Virus record (IMG/VR): IMGVR_UViG_3300029267_004155
DNA from: a virus
Lineage: Duplodnaviria > Caudoviricetes
Strand: one strand, 5' to 3'
DNA: 64,000 nt
This document shows, one piece after another, positions 55,074 through 64,000 of the stretch. Numbering within the stretch: position 1 is the stretch's first letter; each line of letters begins with the position of its first letter. A model generated the notes under the pieces. The model was not told the origin of the DNA. It searched no databases and saw only the letters and a list, made by a program, of their open reading frames with translations. A program made the translations under genes and the position numbers.

Positions 55074-55100
55074 CGAAGGCCGATCCGGCCATCGTGGGAG
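55074..55100. repeat. 27-bp direct repeat, copy 2
   Basis: Intergenic copy of 49159-49185. Confidence 0.85.
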
Positions 55101-55151
55101 TAGATGGGCGAACCGCCGTTATGAGGCGGGCAATATGAGAAGGAGAGCGAG

Positions 55152-56222
55152 ATGATCGTGGTGACAGGATGTCCGAGGTCCGGGACGAGTCTGATGATGT
55201 TCACCCTCCGAGGGGCGTTGGGGGAGGACCGCATCATGGGGGCGGAGTTCCCCCAGGACGAGGGGCTCAAGCGCTTCTTGGAGAAGCATGAGGACGAGAC
55301 CGACAGCGAGTACGACGCCAGAATGTACGTCCGGGAGCAGAGGGTGGACCTGGGGCGGGAGGAGGAGGACAGGAGGCTCATCCGGGAGATGAACCCGAAC
55401 GGCTTCTGGGAATGCCGGTATTCCGTCCAGGGGGTCGACTGGCATCTCGGGATCGAGGAGGAGTGTCTGCCTGACAAGGTGTGCAAGATCGTGAGTCAGG
55501 GTCTCGCCAGGACCGATCCGCAGTTCGTTGACAAGGTGATCTTCATGGCGAGGAGCCCGAGGCAGGTGGCCAAGTCGCAGGAGAACCTGAGGCACATGCC
55601 GGTCGGGACGATTCAGGAGCAGAGGGACATGAAGATCCACACTCCGCTGATGTTCTGCAACGTGACGGCGGCCGTGGCCATGTGGCTGAAGGCCTATCCG
55701 GACGTCCCGGTCCACATGGTCGTGTTCGACGATTTCATAGAGAGGCCGGACGAGGTCCTGGAAGGGGTTCGCGAGTTTCTCGGCGAGGGTGACTTCTCGG
55801 GCCATCCGGTCAATCCGAAGCTGAGGCGCAGCTACCCCGAGGACATCGAGCACTACCTCTGGCCCTACGCCGACCACATGTACGAGTTGCTTCTCCGCAA
55901 GGACTGGGCGGCCATTGTCGAGTATTTCCAGGAGAACGCGCGCGACATTCATAAGAAGGAGACGTCGGTCTATTGCGCCAGGAGGGCCACGCCGGCGCCC
56001 TATGGGGAGTGCGTGCTCTGCCGCGGCGACAAGCTGACCAGGGACAACTTCCGCCGGCAGGCGGAGTCGTCCGGGATCGACTGGCGCACGGAGCCCTGCA
56101 TGTTCGAGTGTTTGAGCCCTTCCTGCGAGGGGCACGTCTCGATGGCCGAGAGCGTCGAGAGGAACTTCTGGGTCGAGGAGGTTCCGGCCAGGGCCGAGGG
56201 CGACAAGGCTCTGTTGGTTTGA
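55152..56222 (+). CDS. sulfotransferase-like P-loop protein with Cys-rich C-terminus
   Basis: VVTGCPRSGTSLMM, NPNGFWE, MARSP. Confidence 0.8.
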   Translation: MIVVTGCPRSGTSLMMFTLRGALGEDRIMGAEFPQDEGLKRFLEKHEDETDSEYDARMYVREQRVDLGREEEDRRLIREMNPNGFWECRYSVQGVDWHLGIEEECLPDKVCKIVSQGLARTDPQFVDKVIFMARSPRQVAKSQENLRHMPVGTIQEQRDMKIHTPLMFCNVTAAVAMWLKAYPDVPVHMVVFDDFIERPDEVLEGVREFLGEGDFSGHPVNPKLRRSYPEDIEHYLWPYADHMYELLLRKDWAAIVEYFQENARDIHKKETSVYCARRATPAPYGECVLCRGDKLTRDNFRRQAESSGIDWRTEPCMFECLSPSCEGHVSMAESVERNFWVEEVPARAEGDKALLV

Positions 56223-56327
56223 GGTTCGGGTGTTGCCCCGCGACCATCTGAGCGGGGAGCAGGAACGCGAACAGGCCGCTGCCGGACGATGGTCTGGCGA
56301 GGCCGTGCGGGAACTAGGAGGTCGATT

Positions 56328-56525
56328 ATGCTGGCGTGGTTCTACGACGTGGCGAAGAGGCAGAAGGTGCAGCGGCCGGTGATCGGCAAGCTGGTTGTGA
56401 TGGGCAAGGACAAGAATCCCAGGTTCTCGATGGTCGGCAAGACCGTGGACGGCCGGCGCCTGGTTCTCATGGTGAGCAAGAAGGCCTACAAGCAGTCCGA
56501 TGTCCCGAGGCTGAAGAGGAGGTGA
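56328..56525 (+). CDS. small basic protein
   Basis: AGGAGG RBS, followed by a terminator. Confidence 0.7.
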   Translation: MLAWFYDVAKRQKVQRPVIGKLVVMGKDKNPRFSMVGKTVDGRRLVLMVSKKAYKQSDVPRLKRR

Positions 56526-56543
56526 CTTCCGGCTCCCCTTTCG

Positions 56544-56574
56544 GGCCCGCTCGAACGACGAGCGGGCCTTTTTT
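56544..56574 (+). terminator. intrinsic terminator
   Basis: GGCCCGCTCG-AACGA-CGAGCGGGCC-TTTTTT. Confidence 0.9.
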
Positions 56575-56628
56575 GTCGAAAGTCCGACCTGGAGGTGTAT
56601 AATAGGGCGTGACAGGCAGGAGGTGGAT

Positions 56629-57837
56629 ATGGCGGACATGAGGAATGTGCTTATTCGCGGCGTGGTCGAGCTGACGCGCAGCAAGGAGTTCTACGGCCAT
56701 GTCGTCCAGCAGTTTGAGAAGGTTTACCTGGAGGGGGACTCCGGAATGGCCAGGAAGGTGCAGACGGCCGCTGTCGGCCGCGTTCCGGGCGACCGCTTCG
56801 TCAAGCTGTACCTGAACAAGGACTACTTCGGGTCGATCTACGACGACCATGGCGCCGACAAGGGGTGGGAGTACGTCCTCGGGGCCATGGAGCACGAGAC
56901 GTTGCACGTGGTCCTGGACCATCTCTTCCTGGAGTTCGAGGACGAGGTGAGGGGAGGGGTCGCCGTCGACTGCGTGGTCAACCAGCTGATTCCGAAAAGC
57001 AGGGTCATGGACGCGTGGGCGCACCCCATCAAGTACGGCCTGCCGGAAGGCAAGTCGTCGATCTGGTACTACAAGAACCTGGCCGGCAATTCCGAGTTCC
57101 AGAAGCAGCTGGCGTCGGGGGCGTTCGGGCCCGGAGGCGTCATGGAGTGGCTGAGGAGCTCGCATGGCCTGTGGGGCGACGTGGGGAAGGACGAGCTGGC
57201 CCACGAGATCATGAAGGACATAATCCGGAAGGCGAGGGACATGTGCGACGGGAACTACGGGGACATCCCCGGGTGCGTCGCCGAGAGTATCGAGGAGCTC
57301 CTGAGGCGAAAACCTCCGAGGATTTGCTGGGGGAGGGTCCTGAGGATGTTCTGCGCTTCCGCGATAGAGAGCGTCCTGGACTACACGATGAAGAGGGTCA
57401 GCAGGAGGTTCGGCACCCGGCCGGGGACGGTCCACGGCGACGTCCTGGACGTGGCGGTCATCGTTGACACGTCGATGTCGATCGACAAGTGGCAGGTGGC
57501 GGCCTTCTTCAACGAGATCGAGTGGATACGCCGGAACGGGGCGGTCGTGACCGTCTACGAGGCGGACGCGAGCCTGAAGAGGACCTACCGCTACACCGGC
57601 AGGTTCGACGGCGAGGTTCATGGGCGTGGCGGGACGTGCCTGGACCCGGCCCTGGAGGAGGCGGAGAGGAGGCGCCACGACGCGGCGATCTACTTCACCG
57701 ACTTCGAGGCGCCGGCGCTGAAGAGGAGATACGGGCTCCCCGTGCTGTGGGTCCTGACGAGGGACATGGCCAAGGAGGAGCGGCCCTGTGACTGGGGCAC
57801 GGTTATCGTGCTGGACGAGCCGAGAAGGGTGGCGTGA
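56629..57837 (+). CDS. DUF2201-like metallopeptidase (HExxH) + VWA protein
   Basis: HETLHVVLDH, A.D..VN, VDTSMS, GRGGT, YFTD. Confidence 0.9.
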   Translation: MADMRNVLIRGVVELTRSKEFYGHVVQQFEKVYLEGDSGMARKVQTAAVGRVPGDRFVKLYLNKDYFGSIYDDHGADKGWEYVLGAMEHETLHVVLDHLFLEFEDEVRGGVAVDCVVNQLIPKSRVMDAWAHPIKYGLPEGKSSIWYYKNLAGNSEFQKQLASGAFGPGGVMEWLRSSHGLWGDVGKDELAHEIMKDIIRKARDMCDGNYGDIPGCVAESIEELLRRKPPRICWGRVLRMFCASAIESVLDYTMKRVSRRFGTRPGTVHGDVLDVAVIVDTSMSIDKWQVAAFFNEIEWIRRNGAVVTVYEADASLKRTYRYTGRFDGEVHGRGGTCLDPALEEAERRRHDAAIYFTDFEAPALKRRYGLPVLWVLTRDMAKEERPCDWGTVIVLDEPRRVA

Positions 57838-58235
57838 GGCATTGGGAGCATGACATGAAGACTTTGTTCGTGTGCGCGACGAGGAACATCGACAGGCACG
57901 TCGGCGAGGAGTACGACGACATCCTGGAGGTGGAGGACCAGCCGACGACCGAGACGATCAAGCTGTGGGCCGACCGCGTGATGGACCACATCAGGAAGGT
58001 GCACGCCATGGACGCGGGGTCCGACGACCGCGGCGTCTCCGTCCATCTGGACGCGGCGAGCCCTTTCAACGCGATGCTCGTCAACCTGCAGATCAGGATG
58101 GGCCAGGACGAGGGTGTCAAGATTGACCTGCCGTACCTTGACTCCGCGATCCGGACGACGAGCGATCCGGAGGCGTTGGCGGCGATAGGGAAGCTGGAGG
58201 CAAGGGAAAGGAGAAAGCGAGATGGCGAGGAATAG
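57834..58235 (+). CDS. hypothetical protein
   Basis: Coupled ORF. Confidence 0.65.
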   Translation: MRHWEHDMKTLFVCATRNIDRHVGEEYDDILEVEDQPTTETIKLWADRVMDHIRKVHAMDAGSDDRGVSVHLDAASPFNAMLVNLQIRMGQDEGVKIDLPYLDSAIRTTSDPEALAAIGKLEARERRKRDGEE

Positions 58236-58827
58236 CGACTGGACTCAGAGCGTCGAGGTCCAGAACATCATGGAGGAGTTCGTTGACAAGTTCCCCCAGG
58301 TGTTCGAGACCTTCGATCCGCAGGGCCTTCATGTGATCCACACCCAGAAGAAGAAGAGGGGGCCGGTCGTCACGCTGCGCAGCGTGACCTATCCGAACGA
58401 GGTCTTCGTTGGGAAGCCGTACATCGTCGAGGTGCTGGAGGAGAGGTGGAAGGGTCTCGACAAGAAGAGGAAGCGCCTGTGGGTCTTTCGGACCATGTGC
58501 TCGATCCCGCTCGGCGGCTTCGACCAGGAGAGCAAGTTCTACGCCAAGAAGTGCAAGCCGGACATCCAGATGTTCAGCCTGGAGTTCGCCGCGTGCGGAG
58601 GGGTTCCGAACTGGATGGAGAATCCCGCGGCGACCGATCCGCTGGAGGTGTCGCAGGAGGAGATGACGGAGCGGGCGAAGGCGCTGGCTGCCGGCGCGGA
58701 GGCCATTCCGCCGCTGGAGGACGCGGGGGACGACGTTGTCCCGGAAGAGGGTTCCGACGGCGTCACTAGGGTTCCGATGACCGTGGGTGACATCGTCGAC
58801 GAGCCGCGGCAGAGGAAGACGGGGTGA
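58222..58827 (+). CDS. phage metallopeptidase-like protein lacking HExxH
   Basis: YIVEV..E.W..LD..RK.L.VF pattern followed by PD.Q.F. Confidence 0.55.
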   Translation: MARNSDWTQSVEVQNIMEEFVDKFPQVFETFDPQGLHVIHTQKKKRGPVVTLRSVTYPNEVFVGKPYIVEVLEERWKGLDKKRKRLWVFRTMCSIPLGGFDQESKFYAKKCKPDIQMFSLEFAACGGVPNWMENPAATDPLEVSQEEMTERAKALAAGAEAIPPLEDAGDDVVPEEGSDGVTRVPMTVGDIVDEPRQRKTG

Positions 58828-59453
58828 GCAGCAAGCGAGACCTGAAGCTGGACGACCTTCGGCGCATGTCCGACATGGAGGTTCGGAACTTGAACCTCGG
58901 GCGTCGCAGGCGTCGTCGCGGGCGCTACAAGAGGCATCCGCGGGAGAAGATGTCCAGGAAGGAGCTGATTGCCTATCTCCGGAAGACGGGGATCACGACC
59001 CAGAGCGGTCTCCGGGCCAGTCGCGGGGAGGGTGATCCGACGGACTACGACTACCAGGTCGAGTTCGGGAGCTGGACGAGGGCCCGGGAGATCGCTTTCG
59101 GGATTGACCTGAGGCTGCCGGTGGACCAGGTCGACGTTGCCGAGAGCATTGTCCGCTTCAAGCTCTGGAGCAGGGAGGGGTATCTGCGCTTCAGGAATGC
59201 CCACATGTCGCTTCCGTCGTATCACGCGATCCGGAAGAAGTGGGGTTCCTGGAGCAATCTGGTGCACGTGGCCAGGAGGGTGGCCGTGTCGGCGGCGCTT
59301 GAGAAGTACATGAGCCTGATGAGGCGTTTCGGCCGGCTGCCGACGGAGGAGGAGTGCAGGGATGCCGGGCTCTCCATGGCAGATGCCGTTGAGTTTTTCG
59401 GAAGCAAGGCCGAGATGGACGAGTACGTCTCCGGCCTCAAGGGGGTCGTATGA
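58824..59453 (+). CDS. repeat-containing DNA-binding protein (homing-endonuclease-associated repeat-like)
   Basis: Repeated P...Y...FGSW units. Confidence 0.6.
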   Translation: MSSKRDLKLDDLRRMSDMEVRNLNLGRRRRRRGRYKRHPREKMSRKELIAYLRKTGITTQSGLRASRGEGDPTDYDYQVEFGSWTRAREIAFGIDLRLPVDQVDVAESIVRFKLWSREGYLRFRNAHMSLPSYHAIRKKWGSWSNLVHVARRVAVSAALEKYMSLMRRFGRLPTEEECRDAGLSMADAVEFFGSKAEMDEYVSGLKGVV

Positions 59454-59899
59454 GAACGGAAGAGGAAGTCCTGGCGCGGTTCGACGACCTGCGGTCCAGG
59501 AGGCTCAAGGCCAGGAAGGCCAGGTACCTCTCGAGAGAGCCTATCAACTGCCGGTGGAACAGGCGCCTGCGGGTGAAGGGTGACGGGAAGGTGGGCTTCT
59601 GCGCGCATCCCATCGTCATGTCCAGGGCTGGGGACAAGGGCATCTCCGTCTGCAACGAGGACCGCGTCGCCAAGAAATGCAGGCTGTTCGACTGCGCCCA
59701 TGTGCCGGAGTCCGTCGAGAATAGTTTCGAGGAGGTGTTGCGGTCACCTTCGAGGTGCGGCAACGAATATCCGAAGCTGGCGATCCTGATTTGGTTCCTC
59801 CAGAACCAGAGGCGCCCGTCGAGAGGCGCTCGTCTGAAGGGGGCGGTGATGGACGTTGGGAGATCGCTGTGGCGCGCGGTCACGTTTGGATGGTGGTGA
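59450..59899 (+). CDS. Cys-rich hypothetical protein
   Basis: ATGA-coupled. Confidence 0.65.
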   Translation: MRTEEEVLARFDDLRSRRLKARKARYLSREPINCRWNRRLRVKGDGKVGFCAHPIVMSRAGDKGISVCNEDRVAKKCRLFDCAHVPESVENSFEEVLRSPSRCGNEYPKLAILIWFLQNQRRPSRGARLKGAVMDVGRSLWRAVTFGWW

Positions 59900-59900
59900 C

Positions 59901-60509
59901 GTGGATGGGTGGGTCTGTCTGGTCGTAGGCGGCAGTGACCATGACAGGATGGTTGCCGAGGTCACGAGGATTTTTGGCGACGACCTGGTCGAGGTCAGGG
60001 TTGTTACGCCCCTGGACGATTCCTCCGAGTCGTATTGCCTTGTTAGGTGCCGGGACTACCTTCCGCATGTCGGCGAGCTTATGTCGTCGTCGGTGGTCCG
60101 AGCCGCGCTTCCCTCCTATGAGCGCCCCCAGCCCCTGACCGACGAAGAGGTGGAGGAGTTCTGTCTGTCGATGGAGCCGAAGGCGTCGAAGCGTCCTTGC
60201 AGGGGGGACCTCGTGAGGGTGCTGGACGGCTACCTCTCCGGCCTTTTCGGGATCGTCGCGGGGCCGGGGAAGGGGGATGGCTGGAGGGTCTTGTTCAGGT
60301 TCCACGTCAAGGATTTCGAGGAGGAGCTGATGCCGCTCCAGCTGGAAATCCTGGACAATGTGTTTCGGAGCTTGAAAATGCCCGTAACGTCTGATACGGT
60401 AGATGAAAGAGGGATGAGGGTGATGGCGCAGGCGATGGGGGAAAAGCTCTTCATGGAATACATGGTGGAGCGTCGTGGCATCAATAAAGTACGTGGGAAG
60501 GAAAGTTGA
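59901..60509 (+). CDS. NusG/RfaH-like protein (NGN + KOW)
   Basis: Y.LV, PLTDEEV, GDLVRVLDGYLSGLFGIV KOW motif. Confidence 0.75.
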   Translation: MDGWVCLVVGGSDHDRMVAEVTRIFGDDLVEVRVVTPLDDSSESYCLVRCRDYLPHVGELMSSSVVRAALPSYERPQPLTDEEVEEFCLSMEPKASKRPCRGDLVRVLDGYLSGLFGIVAGPGKGDGWRVLFRFHVKDFEEELMPLQLEILDNVFRSLKMPVTSDTVDERGMRVMAQAMGEKLFMEYMVERRGINKVRGKES

Positions 60510-61068
60510 GGAGCTCGGGGCAGGCGTCCGCTTCGAGGGTGCCGTAGCCGCGCCGGGGTTCTCCGTTGAGCAGGTCCGGACGTTCAGGCCGATCATGAGC
60601 TTCCTGAACGAGAAGGACCGCGACATCCTGCATCTGATCTTCGTCGCCGGCAAGAAGCAGAAGGAGGTGCAGCGCATCCTCGGGCGCTCTCAGCCGTCGC
60701 TCTGCTACGACATCAAGCGCATCCGGCGCAGGCTCAAGTTCGTCTTCTACCTCCATTCCGTCTTCGACATCTTCGTCGAGTTCCTGACCAGGTCCAGGGA
60801 GGACGACTCCTTCGAGCTGGAGGAGCTTGACGTTCTCACCATGATGTTCTACACGACCTCGTTCACCCTGGCGGCCAGGGTGCTTGGAATGTCCCAGGTC
60901 CGCGTCCGTTATCTCTACGACAGGTGCCTCCGGCGCATGCGGGAGGAGGAGCTCTGGGACGTCTATGAGATATTCGTGGTGGTGAGGTCGAACCTGAACA
61001 TCGTCCGAAGGCTCTATTGCCACGAGGAGCCCGGCGTCGACCTTCGGCACGCGTTTATCCCTTATTAG
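60475..61068 (+). CDS. sigma-70 region-4-like HTH protein
   Basis: LNEKDRDILHL..VAGKKQKEVQRILGRSQ plus a second HTH. Confidence 0.65.
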   Translation: MASIKYVGRKVEELGAGVRFEGAVAAPGFSVEQVRTFRPIMSFLNEKDRDILHLIFVAGKKQKEVQRILGRSQPSLCYDIKRIRRRLKFVFYLHSVFDIFVEFLTRSREDDSFELEELDVLTMMFYTTSFTLAARVLGMSQVRVRYLYDRCLRRMREEELWDVYEIFVVVRSNLNIVRRLYCHEEPGVDLRHAFIPY

Positions 61069-61123
61069 GGCGCATGTGCTCATTTCCTTTTATATTCGCG
61101 GCCTTGATAGGAGGACGTGTGCA

Positions 61124-61387
61124 ATGAATGACATCTTCAAAGATTTCGTCTGGCATAGCGCCATCGGCATCGACATGGACCTCGACGGGAACAAGAAGTT
61201 CGTCACCAGGGTGGCGAACACCAAGGAGGCAAGGAGGATGTTCGTCGCTTCCGGCGACAGTCTGCTGATCCACAAGACGACCAAGGCCCTCTGGAAGTTC
61301 TCGGAGGACAACAAGTGCATAGAGCCCGTGTTCAGCGCCGACGTCCTGACGGAGGACGAGGTGCGGGAGGCCATGGAGGAGAGTTGA
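61124..61387 (+). CDS. hypothetical protein
   Basis: AGGAGG RBS. Confidence 0.7.
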   Translation: MNDIFKDFVWHSAIGIDMDLDGNKKFVTRVANTKEARRMFVASGDSLLIHKTTKALWKFSEDNKCIEPVFSADVLTEDEVREAMEES

Positions 61388-61388
61388 G

Positions 61389-62492
61389 ATGAACCTGACT
61401 GAGATCTTGAAGGACGCCTCGCTCCAGAATCACTCGTGGATGGCCGACGGCCTCACGAGGCCCGGCGAGTTCACGTTCGACCCGGAGGCGCATGACGTCA
61501 AGAACCCCAACAACACCAAGCCCGAGCTGGAGATGGAATGGGGGTATGGCGGCATGGAGCCGATATTCATGGAGGACCCGTCCGCCGGAGAGGTGCGGAG
61601 AAACCTGCCGCCCGACGCCGTCGAGGATGCCGGGGAGGTCATCCGCTTCGCCCGTGACATGATGAATCGCGGACACTCCAGGGAGTTCGTGGCGAAGGCG
61701 ATCACGTCCTCGTTCCCGATGAGGACCCTGGCGCGGGCGACTGACGAGCTCAGAAGCCTTTTCTCGCTTGACGGCATCGTGGGAAGGATCGCCGTGGACG
61801 CCCGAGGCTACGACAGCTGCAAGGACGCCCTGAAGGCGGCGGCCAGGTCGCCCTACAAGCGCTTCATCAAGTACGTGATCGGCTGCGACTGCGGCGACCC
61901 CCAGATGATCCACGACCATCGCGACGGAGGCCTGGTGGCCTCGGATGATGTGGGGTTTGACGGTTTTCTGAAGGAGGACGAGAGGCGTCCGTACGAGGCG
62001 AGTCTCCGGCCGCATTGCCGGTCGACCATGCTCCCGATCCTGGCCGGGATGGGGGACCTTGACGAGTCCGAGATGGACAGCACGCTCATTGATCTCATGA
62101 ACCTGACGAACCTTCCGGAGTCGATCGTGGAGGAGGATGCCGGGAGGACGCCGCTGGCGAGGGTCCGTGACGCCTTCAGGGCCATCGACAGGATGGCGGC
62201 GAAGGCGCGGGCTGCCGCCTACGACGAGCAGCCGGACGCGTCGGAGTTCGTGGTCCGGATGGCTGACAACGAGGTCGAGATCGACGCGCCGGCGCGGCCC
62301 CCCATCGAGCTGGATGACACGAGGGCGGCGAAGGTGGAGCTGGACGTGATCGAGTTCGAGGGCATCGACGTCGACATGGCGCAGGGGATGCCCGGCATCT
62401 TCGCCGGCGTGGACGAGATCAGCCTTGATGACGTCGTGGAGCCGGTTTCGGCGCTCGACGTCGACACGAGGTACCAGATGGTGGTGGAATGA
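61389..62492 (+). CDS. hypothetical protein
   Basis: 367-aa ORF with RBS. Confidence 0.8.
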   Translation: MNLTEILKDASLQNHSWMADGLTRPGEFTFDPEAHDVKNPNNTKPELEMEWGYGGMEPIFMEDPSAGEVRRNLPPDAVEDAGEVIRFARDMMNRGHSREFVAKAITSSFPMRTLARATDELRSLFSLDGIVGRIAVDARGYDSCKDALKAAARSPYKRFIKYVIGCDCGDPQMIHDHRDGGLVASDDVGFDGFLKEDERRPYEASLRPHCRSTMLPILAGMGDLDESEMDSTLIDLMNLTNLPESIVEEDAGRTPLARVRDAFRAIDRMAAKARAAAYDEQPDASEFVVRMADNEVEIDAPARPPIELDDTRAAKVELDVIEFEGIDVDMAQGMPGIFAGVDEISLDDVVEPVSALDVDTRYQMVVE

Positions 62493-63067
62493 GCGACTTC
62501 GACGACATGGACGCCCAGGCAGCCGTCATGACGTCTCCAGCGCGCCAGCCGGGGACGTCGGTGCAGGGTGGCGTGAGCGAGTTCCGGGCCGATCTGGTCA
62601 GGAGCTACCACGGCGGCCAGCCGTCGCTCGTCGGGCGCCTGGAGAAGGATGGCCGGAACGACGTGATGTCCATGGCGGTGGAGCTCCTGAGGGAGATGGT
62701 CCAGGAGACGGACCACCTTCTGGGCAACGAGCTGGTGGCGACGCAGAACGGCGACCTGCGGGACTCGTCGGTCATCTCCTACAAGAGGGCCGAGGTCCTG
62801 GAGAAGGCCATCAAGGCGGCGCACGCCAGGATGAGGTTCGAGAGGGAGACCAGCGGCTTCGACCTGGACTCCCCGGCGATGATAGTGGTCTTCAGGTTCT
62901 TCATGGGCAAGGTCCGGGACGTCTTCGAGCGCATAGGCGTGGACGCGGAGATGTCCGACATCTTCTTCCGGCAGCTGGGGGAGGAGATGGAGAACTGGAA
63001 GAAGGAGCTGCGAGAGCAGGTCGAGGCGGCCGGCGGCGCTACCGTGGCGCCCGCGAGAGGGGCCTAG
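62489..63067 (+). CDS. hypothetical helical protein (terminase small subunit candidate by position)
   Basis: Immediately upstream of the terminase large subunit. Confidence 0.6.
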   Translation: MSDFDDMDAQAAVMTSPARQPGTSVQGGVSEFRADLVRSYHGGQPSLVGRLEKDGRNDVMSMAVELLREMVQETDHLLGNELVATQNGDLRDSSVISYKRAEVLEKAIKAAHARMRFERETSGFDLDSPAMIVVFRFFMGKVRDVFERIGVDAEMSDIFFRQLGEEMENWKKELREQVEAAGGATVAPARGA

Positions 63068-64000
63068 ATGCCGAACAACCTCATAGCCCAGATCGCCAAC
63101 GAGTTCGTCTCGGGGCCGACCGAGGATGTCGTCGACATCGTCACCTTCGCGGAGGCGCCCTGGGGGCTGGGGCTCTCCCTGTACCCGGTTCAGAAGTTCA
63201 TCTTGCGGTGCCTGTACGGGATGGCGCTGGATGGAAGCTCCAAGACTATCAAGATCAACGACGTGGTCAACGAGCACCTTCTCTACACCTTCACCGAGAA
63301 GCAGTTCCTGAAGTGGCTCTACGAGGAGGGGCGCTGCAACACGGACGAGGTCGAGGGCAAGATATTCCAGGAGCTCGTGCTGGTGCTCGGGCGCCGCGGG
63401 ACAAAATCCAGCCTGGCCTCGGTCCTCTCCAACTACGAGCTCTACAAGCTGGTTCGGAGGGGTGACCCGTCCGAGTTTTATGGCTTCCCGCGTCAGACGG
63501 AGATCGCGATCTTGAACGTCGCGCCGACCGACGAGCAGTCCGGGATCGTCTTCAACATGATCCAGGCGATGGCGATGCAGTGCCCCTACCTGAGGGACCG
63601 CTCGCTCAACCAGACGATGACCTACTTCAACCTTCAGACCGACGCCGACATGAAGGCGCACGGCAAGCCGAAGGCGAGCCTGGTCTCCATCGCGGGCGGC
63701 TGCTCGTCGAATTCCCTCCGCGGCAGGAACGGGCTGACGGTCATCATGGACGAGATGGCGTTCTTCATCGACAACGGGGGACGCTTCTCCGGCGACGAGG
63801 TGTACAAGGCCCTGACGCCGTCCATCGCCGACTTCAGGCGCGACGGGAAGGTCCTCTGCCTGTCGAGTCCGTATGCCAAGTTCGGAAGGTTCTACGAGCG
63901 CTTCGACGAGTCCTTCCAGGAGCCGGACTACACGCTGATGTTCAAGATGTGGAGCTCGATGGTCAACCCGTCGATCCCGTCTGAGATTCTGAAGGCCGCG
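63068..64000 (+). CDS. terL: terminase large subunit (5' partial, runs off the window)
   Basis: LYPVQ Q-motif, VLGRRGTKS Walker A, VIMDEMAFF Walker B, LSSP motif III. Confidence 0.88.
   Translation, partial: MPNNLIAQIANEFVSGPTEDVVDIVTFAEAPWGLGLSLYPVQKFILRCLYGMALDGSSKTIKINDVVNEHLLYTFTEKQFLKWLYEEGRCNTDEVEGKIFQELVLVLGRRGTKSSLASVLSNYELYKLVRRGDPSEFYGFPRQTEIAILNVAPTDEQSGIVFNMIQAMAMQCPYLRDRSLNQTMTYFNLQTDADMKAHGKPKASLVSIAGGCSSNSLRGRNGLTVIMDEMAFFIDNGGRFSGDEVYKALTPSIADFRRDGKVLCLSSPYAKFGRFYERFDESFQEPDYTLMFKMWSSMVNPSIPSEILKAA

Noticed and set aside
16890-63661. Large minus-strand ORFs (e.g. 16890-19529, 21701-23392, 62219-63661)
   Set aside because: Antisense shadows of high-GC + strand genes; no RBS or motifs
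1-64000. Stop-codon reassignment
   Set aside because: Recognisable genes (ligA, vsr, terL) are intact in code 11, TGA/TAG/TAA all terminate genes, and no suppressor tRNA was found

Overview
A 64-kb segment of a high-GC large dsDNA (probably jumbo) bacteriophage genome, almost entirely encoded on the + strand. It contains: (i) a ~9.5-kb array of 37 readable tRNA genes covering all 20 amino acids in three blocks, plus at least 7 aberrant tRNA-like RNAs; (ii) an accessory region with CobT/CobS-like VWA + AAA proteins, NAD-dependent DNA ligase, an SbcC-like ATPase fragment, an intein-interrupted AAA ATPase, Vsr, an i-type-lysozyme-like protein, a C-type lectin and many small orphans, punctuated by a 9-copy conserved upstream motif; (iii) glycosyltransferases and sulfotransferase-like genes around a Gly-X-Gln collagen/LamG fibre gene; (iv) NusG-like and sigma-like regulators and the 5' part of a terminase large subunit. 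The most striking observation is that each tRNA block is preceded by the same architecture: sigma70-like promoter, 26-29-aa leader ORF, antiterminator inside the leader, intrinsic terminator. The codons of each leader match the anticodons of the tRNAs in its own downstream block. This suggests ribosome-mediated attenuators that switch on phage tRNA blocks when those tRNAs become limiting. All calls were made by eye, without database searches or folding software.
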